A stretch of DNA of 64,000 bases from Eledone cirrhosa. Lineage: Eukaryota. Positions 28,142 to 39,353 of the stretch are shown here, piece after piece. The position numbers and the translations under genes are program-made. A model generated the notes under the pieces. The model ran no database searches, had not been told where the DNA came from, and saw only the letters and a list, made by a program, of their open reading frames with translations. The stretch's first letter is position 1; every line of letters begins with the position of its first letter. The DNA is taken from contig OZ024742.1 in the NCBI GenBank assembly GCA_964016885.1, positions 16,678,001 through 16,742,000 of the forward strand, in the 5' to 3' direction.

Positions 28142-28618
28142 AGAGAGAGAGAGAGAGAGAGAGAGAAGAGAGAAGAGAGAGAGAGAGAGAAAAGTATGAT
28201 ATAGAGAGATACATACATAAAGAAATATATAGATACTTAGATGATACATAGCTATATATTTATGTTTAACACCGTCTATCTCTTTCGGCTATCATTTATT
28301 GTGCTTCTGCTTATACTCCATTATATAATGTTTCTTTGCTCCATCCTGTTCCTCCTTTATATATTGAAATTTTCCTATTTTCCTTTTCAAGTATCTCGTT
28401 CTATTTCTTCTGATTCTTTCGTTATCACCTGTTTAATATATTCATTGACTTCTCTTCTCCCTCTTTCTCGTACTCTCCTTCTCCATCACTTTCTTTCCCT
28501 CGATATATATTCACTCCCCTACCCATCTTTCTCCTCTCAACCCCCTTTTTTTCTTAACTTCCTTTCCTAACCCCGTCACACTACTCATACGTCTATCTGT
28601 TCTCTCCTTATCCGAACC

Positions 28619-28652
28619 TTCCTGAAAAAGGACTTCTGTCCGAAACGTTGAA
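28619..28652 (+). ncRNA. Degenerate minimal hammerhead motif
   Basis: TTC-CTGAAAA-AGGAC(ttct)GTCC-GAAA-CGTT-GAA; core has a C3/A8 mismatch. Confidence 0.4.
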
Positions 28653-28732
28653 ACAACCTCCACTTCCTCCAAGCGTGAACCTCATATAACTGTAAATTTG
28701 CTTCCTGTATTTTATTTCGTTTATTTATTAAC

Positions 28733-28796
<64 letters not shown>

Positions 28797-29096
28797 CTTG
28801 GAGTTACTGTAGGTTCACCCGGGTGAGCACTCGATGTTTAGGTTCACTTCAGTGTCGAGGTGTAGAGCTAGACATAGTGTATATATATATACATGGTGGT
28901 CGTAGTTGACCACCAGGCTTAAGTATCTCAGGCTGGCCACAACTTACTTTCCCTATTTTTCCACGGTTACTCATTTGCATGTTTCTTTCTCCTGTGTCTT
29001 CCCACGATGGGACCTGTTCATCTTTTTTTCTCCTATTGTTCTCTCCTTTCTCTCTCCTTTTGTTTCGTATCATTTTATATATATATATATATATAT

Positions 29097-29520
29097 ACTA
29101 GCAGAGGTACCCGGCGTTGCTCGGGTATTAAATAACAGTTGTGTTTACCATTTATGTCAATACTTCAGTGCTGCTTCGAAAACTATACTTTTACAAAATC
29201 ATCGGCTTTTTCCAAAAGGAGGTTCCTGCTCCCAGGGCTTCCCTACTCAATATATGCCAATTCTGAGAGTTCACATTCATCTGTAGGACAAACGTAGCCC
29301 ATGTGTCAAGTTTTGTGAAAATCGGTTGCGAACTCCAGAAGTTATGACGTTTTGTTGCATTGCACTTCAGTGCTTCAGTCGACTCCAAGAAAGTGGTTAT
29401 CTGCCGGGAGGCCCTATAATCAATATCTGGAAAAATGAAAGTGCCCATGATCATCCGGAGTACATAACTAACCTATGTCTTAAGTTTGGTGAAAATACTG
29501 TAGATATGCATAAGGTTTAT
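29097..29520 (-). mobile_element. Non-autonomous Helitron-like element, 3' part (copy 2)
   Basis: Minus strand ends CCCGAGCAACGCCGGGTACCTCTG-CTAG-T; highly similar to 16040-16475. Confidence 0.75.
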
Positions 29521-29579
29521 ACATACGCGTGCGTGTGTGCGTGCGTGCGTGTGTGTGTGTGTGTGTGTGTGTGTTTGTG

Positions 29580-29963
29580 GGTGTGTATGTATTTGTGTGT
29601 GCGTATGTATGTGTATGTCCGTTGGGGCATACGTATGTACTAGCCTAAATTTTCACTATTTACTTTTACTATTTTAATAACCTCTGTCATTTTTGTTTTC
29701 AATTTTATTTACATCATTCTTAAACTCCGGGGCTGGAAATCATTCTGTTATTTTAAATAGGATATTAGTCTAACGACTCCATTTATACCATAATCTTGGT
29801 CTTGTCTTTGCATGAAATTTTTCTTCGTGTTCTACATAACGACGTATTATTCTCGCTTTTTTCCGTTCATTGCCAGAGAACGTCTTCACGAACCAAAATA
29901 TCGTCTTCCTGTTTTCGTTCGCATGCAACGTTTCTCGAAATATTTACTTCTGCGTTCACAGAT
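29580..29963 (-). repeat. Interspersed repeat family X (copy 3)
   Basis: Reverse complement of ~18110-18480. Confidence 0.8.
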
Positions 29964-30483
29964 TACTCTCAGTTCAATTTGAATGGGTAATTCCTGTTTC
30001 ATCGACTTTCTCCGTAACCATGCAAGCTTGTAGCTTGAAAGTCGACCCAACGCCTCCTCTGGTCATTCTGCATAACTGTGTATATTTTCGTTGCATTCCA
30101 CCAAGCCGTTTCGACGTTTATCCGACTACACCTACTTACTTAAATATACAACGTCCGACCACTTCCAATTTATATAGTAGATATAGTAGTGGAACACTGC
30201 AAGGTAATATCCGTTGTGGTAGAGCACTCAGTCCATGGGACGAGTTAAGTAGAAGTGGTTACACAACAGTTAGTTCACCATACCGAGAACAATTGTTTCA
30301 CCTTAGCGGATCCTCAGCTCGTAATGGGCATGGTTATAGGAACAGGAAGGATAACCGTACGAACGCGCATGCGCAGAAACCCGGTCACTTCACACAGGCA
30401 ATATTAGAATGCGTGCGAGAGGTGTAAGGGAGATAACTGCGAAAGTCCGAAAAGTTTTTAGTTGATAAGAAAATTACAATGAT

Positions 30484-31528
30484 TCAATCCGAAGCTTTGT
30501 AGTTATACAATAGGTGTTTGGAGACGTGTGGACAACGTGTGAAAAATTCATTTCTCGTGTTTAGGCAATCACTATTGCATAATCTCTTAATCTCGTCAAT
30601 ACATAAGCCACACTTCGGATTCCCCCTTGTGTATGGCTTGGACTTAGTGATGGTTTCCATTGAATGGAGTAGTCTATACTTGAGTCCTTGAGGGACCATA
30701 CGTGGCTCGCGAGTTTCGTGGATCAACGTCTGTCCGGGTACCTAAAGGTCGACTGGTGGTTCAGGAAACATTCCTTAAATTGGCCCTCTGCCATGCCAAC
30801 ATAGGATTTAACATCCTGTGGTTGGTTTGGTCGGTTGGAAGTGACCACAGCTTCATAAATTACAGCTGGTGTGTTGCATTGCTGTTGAAGGGGGCAAGCT
30901 TCGGGCTTACGGCAAGAGCACCCTGGTGGGTGTTGCTCCTAGGGCTGCTCGTGATGTGGGCCTTCATGTTCTTAGCGCAGGAGTATCCTAGTTTAACTTT
31001 GTGTCGGTTAAAGATGGAGCGGTATTTATGACCTATGGGAAAGTGTCTATCTCAGAAGGCTAGAAATTTTAACGTTGAGTGAGAAGGGAGGAGAGAACCA
31101 GATAGTTTGTCTATTGTTGCGCTTACTTTTCTTATTGCTGTTGTTGATAGTGGGAGAGTAAGTGATAAGTTGTGAGAAGCCGCTGTTAGCTAACGCCGTG
31201 TTATAGTAGGGTGCCGCCCTGTCAAAGATAGCCTTATTAGAGGAGAGGTTTGAGATTCTAGTACTGATATTATTTACGAAGTTTCTAAAAACAGTGGGAG
31301 GGTGGCATGAGTCCTTGTGAATGTAATTGAGTTTTTTGTTTAGCATATGGAAGGGTCTGTGGGTGTGTGTGTGCGAAGGTCTAAATTAATGTCTAAGAAA
31401 TCTTCGCTAGAGAGGTTGTTAGCTACTGTTATCCTAAGTCCTAACTCATTGAAGGTAGAAGCTAAGTCTTTTTTAAACCGGTCGAGGTCATGACCACTTT
31501 TATGGCTCGATAAAGTCAGTCCATCGTC
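30484..31528 (-). pseudogene. Penelope-like element (Hydra-type) fragment: RT catalytic/thumb + EN, frameshifted
   Basis: DDGL, FLDINLDL, YIHKDSCHPPTV, AAPYYNTALANSGF, IWFSPPFSLNVK, HKYRSIFNRHKVKLGYSC, CGLCIDE, LNTRNEFFTRCPH. Confidence 0.85.
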
Positions 31529-31844
31529 TTAGCTTGTTAAGTTCCTTTCTTTGCGTAAAAACTGTAGATTCTACAGTGTAGACCTTCATGTGGTACTTTT
31601 GATTAATATTCCCTCAACCAACAGTATGCCTTATGAAGTTAAGAAAACATAACCATAACTCGAATGTTAAAATACAAAAGAGAATGTTGGGGATAAAAAC
31701 TGCATTGGTAATCTATTAACAAAAATCGAAAATATAAACACTGCAACACTTGTCTCAGAGAAAAAACATCAGCGTAACCAAACCATCAGTTATTTTGTAA
31801 CAAAGAAATTGGATGGACATGAAAAACAAAAACAAAATGCAATT

Positions 31845-31945
31845 TTATCGCCTATCACCTCTCTGCACGACTGTCTGTCTGCACAACTTTATCGCCTATA
31901 TCACCTCTCTGCACGACTGTCTCTCTGCACAACTTTATCGCCTAT
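31845..31945. repeat. ~44-46 bp local tandem duplication (x2.3) at the 5' truncation point of a SINE
   Basis: TTTATCGCCTA(TA)TCACCTCTCTGCACGACTGTCT.TCTGCACAAC repeated. Confidence 0.8.
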
Positions 31946-31948
31946 AGC

Positions 31949-32049
31949 AGGTTAACTTTGCCTTTCATCATTACGGGGTTGATAAAATAAAGTATCAGTA
32001 ATGTACTGGGTAATTTGCTGGCCTTGTGCCAAAAGTAGAAACAACTATT
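31949..32049 (+). mobile_element. 5'-truncated tRNA-derived SINE
   Basis: AGGTTAACTTTGCCTTTCATC..GGCCTTGTGCCAAAAGTAGAAACAACTATT. Confidence 0.85.
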
Positions 32050-32399
32050 TTAATAACCTCTGTCATTTTCGTTTACAATTTTATTTACATCATTCTTAAA
32101 CTCTGGGGCTGGAAATCATTCGGTTATTTTAAATAGAATATTAGTCAAACGACTCCATTTATACCATAAACTTGGTCTCGTCTTTGCATGAAATTGTTCT
32201 TCTCGGTCCACATAACGACGTATTATCCTCGCTTTTTTTCCGTTCATTACCACGGAACGTCTTCACAAACCAAAATATCGTCTTCCTGTTTTCCTTCGGT
32301 TGCAAAGTTTCTCGAAATATTCAATTCTGCGTTCACAGATTGAATTTTTTAGTTTAAGAACATCCCGTTAATGTTGAAAGCAGCGATTCTTTGCTTAAA
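32046..32399 (-). repeat. Interspersed repeat family X (copy 4)
   Basis: Reverse complement of ~18048-18400. Confidence 0.8.
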
Positions 32400-32519
32400 C
32401 TTTCTTTCTTTCTCCACCCCTCTCCATTTTTTCTCATGCTCTCTCTCTCTTTCTATCTCTCTCTCACTCATACCCCCTCACTCTCTCTTCCTCTACAGAA
32501 TGGAGAACAATAAAGAACG

Positions 32520-32562
<43 letters not shown>

Positions 32563-32929
32563 GTCTGTCTGTCTTTATATATATATGTGTTTGTGTGTGT
32601 CTGTGTGAACCAGCATTCGTCGCCATTCTCTCTCTCTCTCTCTCTCTTTCTATCTCTCTCTCTATCTGATTATCTTGTACCTTTCTCTGTATAACGACCT
32701 ATCTCACTCTCTCTATATACATCTCCCTTTCTCTCTTTAGATGTATATGTATATATGTGTGTGTGTGATATATATATTTATAGAGAGAGAGAGTTGCAAC
32801 ATGTATGCAGTTTCATAGATTGTTGATGGTAGTAGACAGAGTGAATAAGCGTATAAGAAAGAGGGTTACAGCATGTATTTAGTTTTATCGATTTTTTTTT
32901 TCATAGAAGCAGGACATTTTTGGCAAAAG

Positions 32930-33062
32930 TTATTACGCGTTGACCATCCTTGGTAAATTTGGAGTATATTGGAAAAAAATCATCAAAATCGGTAGAGAAA
33001 TGTGGAAATGCATAAAAATCATACGCACACAGACAGACATCTTCCGTTTTATATATATAGAG
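32930..33062 (-). mobile_element. Helitron-like 5' end fragment
   Basis: Minus strand TCTATATATATAAAACGGAAGATGTCTGTCTGTGTG...CCGATTTTGATGA. Confidence 0.5.
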
Positions 33063-33374
33063 ATAACACTCGATTCATTTGGAATTACACAAACAAGCCT
33101 CAATTTTATAGCCATGTCAGTAGAATGAAACGTTCATTCTAGCTCTTGGCAGGTGAACAGTGAACTGTACTGATAAATGGTGATGCCCAGAAACATTAGT
33201 GTCTGCAGTTCTGTTCACATGCCAACACAAGAGCAAGAATGAAGGGTTCATTCTACTGACATGGCTATAAAATTGAGGCTTGTTTTCGTAATTGCAAACG
33301 AATCGAATATTATTATTAGTATTCGAAAAACTTAGATTACATTTATTGTATTCAGCCATGTAGAGCGAGCATTT

Positions 33375-33486
<112 letters not shown>

Positions 33487-33639
33487 GCAAGCATGAAGGA
33501 AAAAGGGGTTTATTCTACTGTGCATCTTATAATAAATTACTGGGTCTTATTCCACAAACTGTCGGCGGATAAAAGATAAATCTAACCGAACTGAGATTTG
33601 AATTCATAATGGGGGAATAAAACGGGAAAGATAATAGTA

Positions 33640-33837
33640 AAAATTAAGTTCAGTATTTCACTAAAATATTAAGTTCAGTACTTCACTAAAATATTAAGTT
33701 CAGTATTTTACTAAAATATTAAGTTCAGTATTTTACTAGACTATTAAGTTCAGTATTTAACTAAAATATTAAGTTCAGTATTTCACTAAAATATTAAGTT
33801 CAGTATTTAACTAAAATATTAAGTTCAGTATTTTACT
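33640..33837. repeat. 25-bp AT-rich tandem repeat (~8 units, CTAAAATATTAAGTTCAGTATTTYA)
   Basis: Read directly. Confidence 0.93.
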
Positions 33838-34476
33838 GATTTCATAAGATTATAAAGTGTTGAGGAGAAATAGCCGTTAGATGTCTTTACTGTTTTCTTT
33901 AGCTTATGGCTTATTATTAATGGTTGTAAAGTTAAAATGAATGTCTTCAAAAGAGAAAACAAACGAAATTGTTTAACTGAATTTCCCTTCGGGTGTCACA
34001 TACAGTACTGTTGTGATATGTACATAGCAGACATAAATCTGAATGAAAAATCACGAAAATGTATAAAGAGCGAGGTGATACCTAACATTCTACAAAATAA
34101 TACCATAGGAATGAAGAAAATATATGAAAGTGGAGAATAAAAGACACAGAAAGAGAAATGAAAACAAAGAGAGATTGAATGTGATACACACACACACACA
34201 CACACACATACACGCACGCACACATACATACATCACACCACACACACACAGACGAATATACTTCACTCTCGCTATCGGTGTCTCTGTCTTTCTACCAATG
34301 TGTATATATTGGAAGTTGCAATAAGTATATATGAAAGCAAATACCGTGTTTAATACAACTAACATATGAGGGCCTCGCTAGGGAACAAAACAACATTTTG
34401 GGGGGTTAAAGAAAAAAAAATGTTTTTCTATCTTTTGAATCTGTGAATAGGATTTAGATACCTCAGTAGCCGTTCA

Positions 34477-34527
34477 GAATGTCTGACAGCTGTTTCAAGA
34501 TTCGTTAACCTCTCATCAGTGACATTC
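34477..34527 (-). ncRNA. Minimal type-I hammerhead ribozyme motif
   Basis: Minus strand GAATGTCa-CTGATGA-GAGGTT(aacg)AATCTT-GAAA-CAGCTG-TC-aGACATTC. Confidence 0.75.
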
Positions 34528-34734
34528 ACTCAACCAGTACTGAGATGAAAATAAACTAGACCGTTTATAGATTTTGTATGATGTTTATACACACACATAC
34601 ACACACACACGCACACATACATACACACACAAACAAACACAGATACACACACATAATATATATATATATATATATATATAAATTTTGAGTATGTGCTGGT
34701 TGTTTACCGACACCTCAGTACGCAGGTTAGTTTA

Positions 34735-34787
34735 CTGCCTGATGAGGTCACAGCCAACAATGACTGCCACTGAAATATATATAGCAG
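34735..34787 (+). ncRNA. Minimal hammerhead motif, same family as 11797-11851
   Basis: CTGC-CTGATGA-GGTCACAGCCAACAATGACTGCCACT-GAAA-TATATATA-GCAG. Flanks (TTTTGAGTAT..., AATAAACGAAGC) are also shared with 11659-11900. Confidence 0.65.
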
Positions 34788-34841
34788 AGAATTAGAATAA
34801 ACGAAGCCAACTTTAACATGTTTCACTTACACATTTTATTT

Positions 34842-34936
<95 letters not shown>

Positions 34937-35412
34937 TAAACGGAATAGAAAATGCTGACAAATTGTTCACAGTTGAAAAATGGTTTAATTAGGAATAAAA
35001 GAGTATTAGTGATTGTATGGGTTAGTATTCAGTTGTGGTTTTAAGTTTTTAAGTTTTTACCGGTTGCGCATTTCTAAATGCTTTTCAAAAATAATTTTGA
35101 GATAGAGTGTCCGTGCTGTTTGCTCTGATCTGATTAGTTTTGGGAATTCTACCTGTTTTTATGTTAAAAAAAGGGCTCCAGCGTTATTTTTGTGTTGTAA
35201 AAATGCTTGTGGTCAAAACAATTTTGATTGGTCGGTAGAGGTCATGTGAATGTAAAAAGTTGATTTTGCGCCAAGACTGTTTTTATGTTAAAATGTTAGA
35301 AAAGTGGCTCCAGCAAAGATTATGGTCAAAACAATTTTGATTGGTCGGTAGAGGTCATGTGGATAAAAAATTGGTTTTGCGCCAAGATTGAGAAATGACT
35401 CTTTCACAACAA

Positions 35413-35472
<60 letters not shown>

Positions 35473-35735
35473 TAGTAGTAGTAAGGTGTTCGATGCTGCG
35501 ACAATAGCCACCAGCGATGTGTGTCAAATGGCTATTAAGTGGAGAGCGCTAAGTTGATATAGAATTCTGTCTCCATTAGGACTACTGTACTCCCTTTATC
35601 AGCCTCTTTAATTGTAATGGTTCTGTCGGTTTTTAATCTATTTAATTCTTCCCATTCTTTCTTGTTGAGGTTTGGCTTGTGTTTTTGTCTGTGCAAGTGT
35701 TGGTAAGGGAAGTTTGTGATGTGTTCACAGAATTC

Positions 35736-37838
35736 GAACAACTATTCGACCAGTACAATGAGGATGAATCATTAGCCAGAAATAGAAGCAATTACACCCC
35801 TTCAAAAGGTAGAAATAAAATCCTGGACGAATTCTGTGAACACATCACAAACTTCCCTTACCAACACTTGCACAGACAAAAACACAAGCCAAACCTCAAC
35901 AAGAAAGAATGGGAAGAATTAAATAGATTAAAAACCGACAGAACCATTACAATTAAAGAGGCTGATAAAGGGAGTACAGTAGTCCTAATGGAGACAGAAT
36001 TCTATATCAACTTAGCGCTCTCCACTTTGGAAAACGAAACATACTACGAAAAGGCTGAACACTACAATCAACAGAAAATTATGAGAAACCTAAAAACTCT
36101 AATCAACCAATACAAAGAAGGACTCACTAACAAGGAATTCAGCTTCATCACAGACTTCACAAGTAAATCCAGCCTTTTCTACGGTATCCCTAAAGTACAT
36201 AAAAGCGAATCAATCAGTAAGGCATGCAAGGAAGCCACAGACATAGTCATCAATGTCCCCTCACCCAATGATCTCAAATTAAGACCTATAATAGCAGGCC
36301 CCGCTTGCGAAACGCACCGTCTTAGCAACTTCATTGATACCCTTCTCAAACCCTTCCTCAAGCACATCAAAAGCTATATAAGGGACGACCTAGATATGCT
36401 CAATCACCTCCCTAATATGCCACTTTCTGAACAAACCCTACTAGTGACGTTCGATGTAGTCAACCTATACTCCAACATCCCCCACAACCTAGGAATAGAA
36501 GCTATCCAATTCTGGCTGGATAACTTCCACAATGAACTCCCACAACGCATCAAAAAAGAATTCGTGATAGAGGGACTAAAATTTATCTTGGAGAACAATT
36601 ACTTCGTTTTCAATAACAAACCCTACAGGCAGAAATCTGGGACCGCTATGGGAACGAAAACAGCCCCTACGTATGCCAACCTAGTCATGGGATACCTGGA
36701 AATCACCCTCTACACTAAAGTCCTAAACAAATTTGGAAACACCCTCCACTTACACATTGAAAGGAACTGGAAGCGATATCTTGATGACTGCTTCATCCTT
36801 TGGCACGAAAACATCGAAAAACTTAAAGAATTTCACACCCTTATAAATGGGCTCAACACAAATATTAACTTCACGATGGAATACAGCCATCAACAACTCC
36901 CCTTCCTCGACATCCTCATTACGATCCATAACAAAAAAATAGAAACAGACATATACTACAAGCCCACAGACTCCAAGCAATACCTCCCCTTCAACTCTTG
37001 CCACCCTAGACACGTTAAAATTAATATTCCCTACAACTTAGCCAAGAGAATCTGTACTATAGTCTCCAATAAAAACATCTGCTACTTACGGCTACAAGAA
37101 CTAAAGGACACACTCATAGGCAGGGACTACCCTGCATCACTAATTGACAATGGAATCCAACGTGCCCTAAAACTCAGTACCCAGGACCTTAGACACCCTA
37201 AAGTAAATCAACCAAAACTAAAAGCTCTTCCATACATCTCCACACACAACCCCCTCAACAACGAGGCCTTTGACACCATCCTCCAGAACATCCCTGTATT
37301 GAAAAAGGACCATAGAATGAACCAAATTCTACGAACACACGATATCATAAAGAGCAAAAGACAATCCAAGTCAATGAAAAACATCTTAACACATGCCAAA
37401 GTACTGCCAACCACAACAACGAAACCCACAGTAAAAAAATGCGATAGACCCAACTGTGGCATTTGCATCAACCTAATAGAGGGTTCGGAATTCTATTTCA
37501 AAGATGGACAACGTTTTATAGTAAAACACAATTTCACATGTGCATCGGAAAATTTAATATATGTATTAACTTGTTCAGGTTGTCGAGAACAATACATAGG
37601 CCAGACCAAAAACAGCCTCCGCCAACGCATGACTGTCCATAGATCCCAAATTAAAATACGGGAATACAGGAAAATACCACTGAGTGAACACATTGATACC
37701 TGCGCCGCCCAAAATCATCCCAACTTCAGAATCTTTCCCCTCTACAAATTTAAAGATAATGCCACCCACACCCAGCGCATCAGCAAGGAATCTTACTTCA
37801 TTAACAAATACGGACCCCGTCTAAACACTTCTCCCTAA
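35736..37838 (+). CDS. Penelope-like RT + GIY-YIG endonuclease, uninterrupted ~700 codons, 5'-truncated (native start lost at the inversion junction)
   Basis: IKEADKG, FYGIPKVHK, LRPIIAGP, FDVVNLYSNIP, GTAMGT..APTYANL, RYLDDCF, FLDI, YYKPTDSKQYL, CDRPNCGIC linker, NLIYVLTCSGCREQYIGQT, LRQRMTVH, ESYFI. Confidence 0.93.
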   Translation, partial: EQLFDQYNEDESLARNRSNYTPSKGRNKILDEFCEHITNFPYQHLHRQKHKPNLNKKEWEELNRLKTDRTITIKEADKGSTVVLMETEFYINLALSTLENETYYEKAEHYNQQKIMRNLKTLINQYKEGLTNKEFSFITDFTSKSSLFYGIPKVHKSESISKACKEATDIVINVPSPNDLKLRPIIAGPACETHRLSNFIDTLLKPFLKHIKSYIRDDLDMLNHLPNMPLSEQTLLVTFDVVNLYSNIPHNLGIEAIQFWLDNFHNELPQRIKKEFVIEGLKFILENNYFVFNNKPYRQKSGTAMGTKTAPTYANLVMGYLEITLYTKVLNKFGNTLHLHIERNWKRYLDDCFILWHENIEKLKEFHTLINGLNTNINFTMEYSHQQLPFLDILITIHNKKIETDIYYKPTDSKQYLPFNSCHPRHVKINIPYNLAKRICTIVSNKNICYLRLQELKDTLIGRDYPASLIDNGIQRALKLSTQDLRHPKVNQPKLKALPYISTHNPLNNEAFDTILQNIPVLKKDHRMNQILRTHDIIKSKRQSKSMKNILTHAKVLPTTTTKPTVKKCDRPNCGICINLIEGSEFYFKDGQRFIVKHNFTCASENLIYVLTCSGCREQYIGQTKNSLRQRMTVHRSQIKIREYRKIPLSEHIDTCAAQNHPNFRIFPLYKFKDNATHTQRISKESYFINKYGPRLNTSP

Positions 37839-37976
37839 GACGAACCCACAACATACACACGTCAACATACATACCTACATCAGCACACATCTCTACCCAC
37901 ATATAAACACAATGACTCACGTAAACACACATGCTCTATGGTGCAATACAAAAAAATATATGTGCATATATATGTA

Positions 37977-38007
<31 letters not shown>

Positions 38008-38016
38008 GTAGTGAAA

Positions 38017-38065
<49 letters not shown>

Positions 38066-38265
38066 GTGAATATCATTTCACACCTTTTATTGTTAAGATT
38101 GTTGATGTTCTATTAAGAGAACCGATTTTACTGAAAAAATCGAATAATGTACACCATTTTACCAGGGGGGAAAAAAATACTGGTCCACCCACACACGCAC
38201 ACACACACACACACACATGTATACACAGACACATACACACGCGTACATCAACATACAAAGAGACT

Positions 38266-38300
<35 letters not shown>

Positions 38301-38467
38301 TTCTCCGTATAAGACAAAAGCTGAAAAATATCTTTTGACCTTCGAATGACTCTGCTGTGTGTATGTACGCACACGCACACACACACACACACACACTTAT
38401 CTTAATAGCCATTTGACACACATCGCTGGTGGCTATTGTCGCAGCATCGAACACCTTACTACTACTA

Positions 38468-38531
<64 letters not shown>

Positions 38532-38852
38532 TTGTTGTGAAAGAGTCATTTCTCAATCTTGGCGCAAAACCAATTTTTTATCCACATGACCTCTACCGAC
38601 CAATAAAAATTGTTTTGACCATAATCTTTGCTGGAGCCACTTTTCTAACATTTTAACATAAAAACAGTCTTGGCGCAAAATCAACTTTTTACATTCACAT
38701 GACCTCTACCGACCAATCAAAATTGTTTTGACCACAAGCATTTTTACAACACAAAAATAACGCTGGAGCCCTTTTTTTAACATAAAAACAGGTAGAATTC
38801 CCAAAACTAATCAGATCAGAGCAAACAGCACGGACACTCTATCTCAAAATTA

Positions 38853-38889
38853 TTTTTGAAAAGCATTTAGAAATGCGCAACCGGTAAAA
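38853..38889 (+). ncRNA. Variant minimal hammerhead in the Penelope pseudo-LTR (UUGAAAA ... GCAA); inverted copy at 35055-35091
   Basis: TTT-TTGAAAA-GCATTT(ag)AAATGC-GCAA-CCGG-TA-AAA; same architecture as 63899-63936. Confidence 0.5.
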
Positions 38890-39046
38890 ACTTAAAAACT
38901 TAAAACCACAACTGAATACTAACCCATACAATCACTAATACTCTTTTATTCCTAATTAAACCATTTTTCAACTGTGAACAATTTGTCAGCATTTTCTATT
39001 CCGTTTACCAATATATAATAACTTGTGTGTTACACCTCTATTCTTT

Positions 39047-39098
<52 letters not shown>

Positions 39099-39109
39099 TA
39101 TGGGTAACA

Positions 39110-39170
39110 GTGAGTCTTGTTACTCTGGAGTTTCGCCTGTTTATCACAGGGTCATCAGACAAGAACTCAC
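39110..39170 (-). ncRNA. Minimal type-I hammerhead ribozyme motif
   Basis: Minus strand GTGAGTtCTTGT-CTGATGA-cCCTGT(gataa)ACAGGc-GAAA-CTCCAGAG-TA-ACAAGACTCAC. Stem I is 11 bp; the first stem II pair is a C-C mismatch. Confidence 0.75.
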
Positions 39171-39237
39171 ATACGGATATGTATATTTATATATATAAAT
39201 CTCTATATATTTACTCTCTCTCTCTCACACACATACA

Positions 39238-39353
<116 letters not shown>

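Larger units (their letters stand above)
34931..39050 (+). mobile_element. Penelope-like retroelement (C-terminal EN+, Neptune/Nematis-type) with inverted 5' pseudo-LTR, inserted in (TA)n
   Basis: RT-EN ORF; 34931-35539 is the reverse complement of 38401-39012; (TA)n on both flanks. Confidence 0.93.

Noticed and set aside
35535-35741. Separate minus-strand gene duplicating a Penelope peptide; also the annotated start of ORF 35679
   Set aside because: It is the inverted copy of 35828-36027. The first ~19 codons of the 719-aa ORF come from this inversion and are not native.
35736-37838. Naiad-type selenoprotein Penelope
   Set aside because: The endonuclease is C-terminal (Naiad has an N-terminal EN) and there are no in-frame TGA codons.
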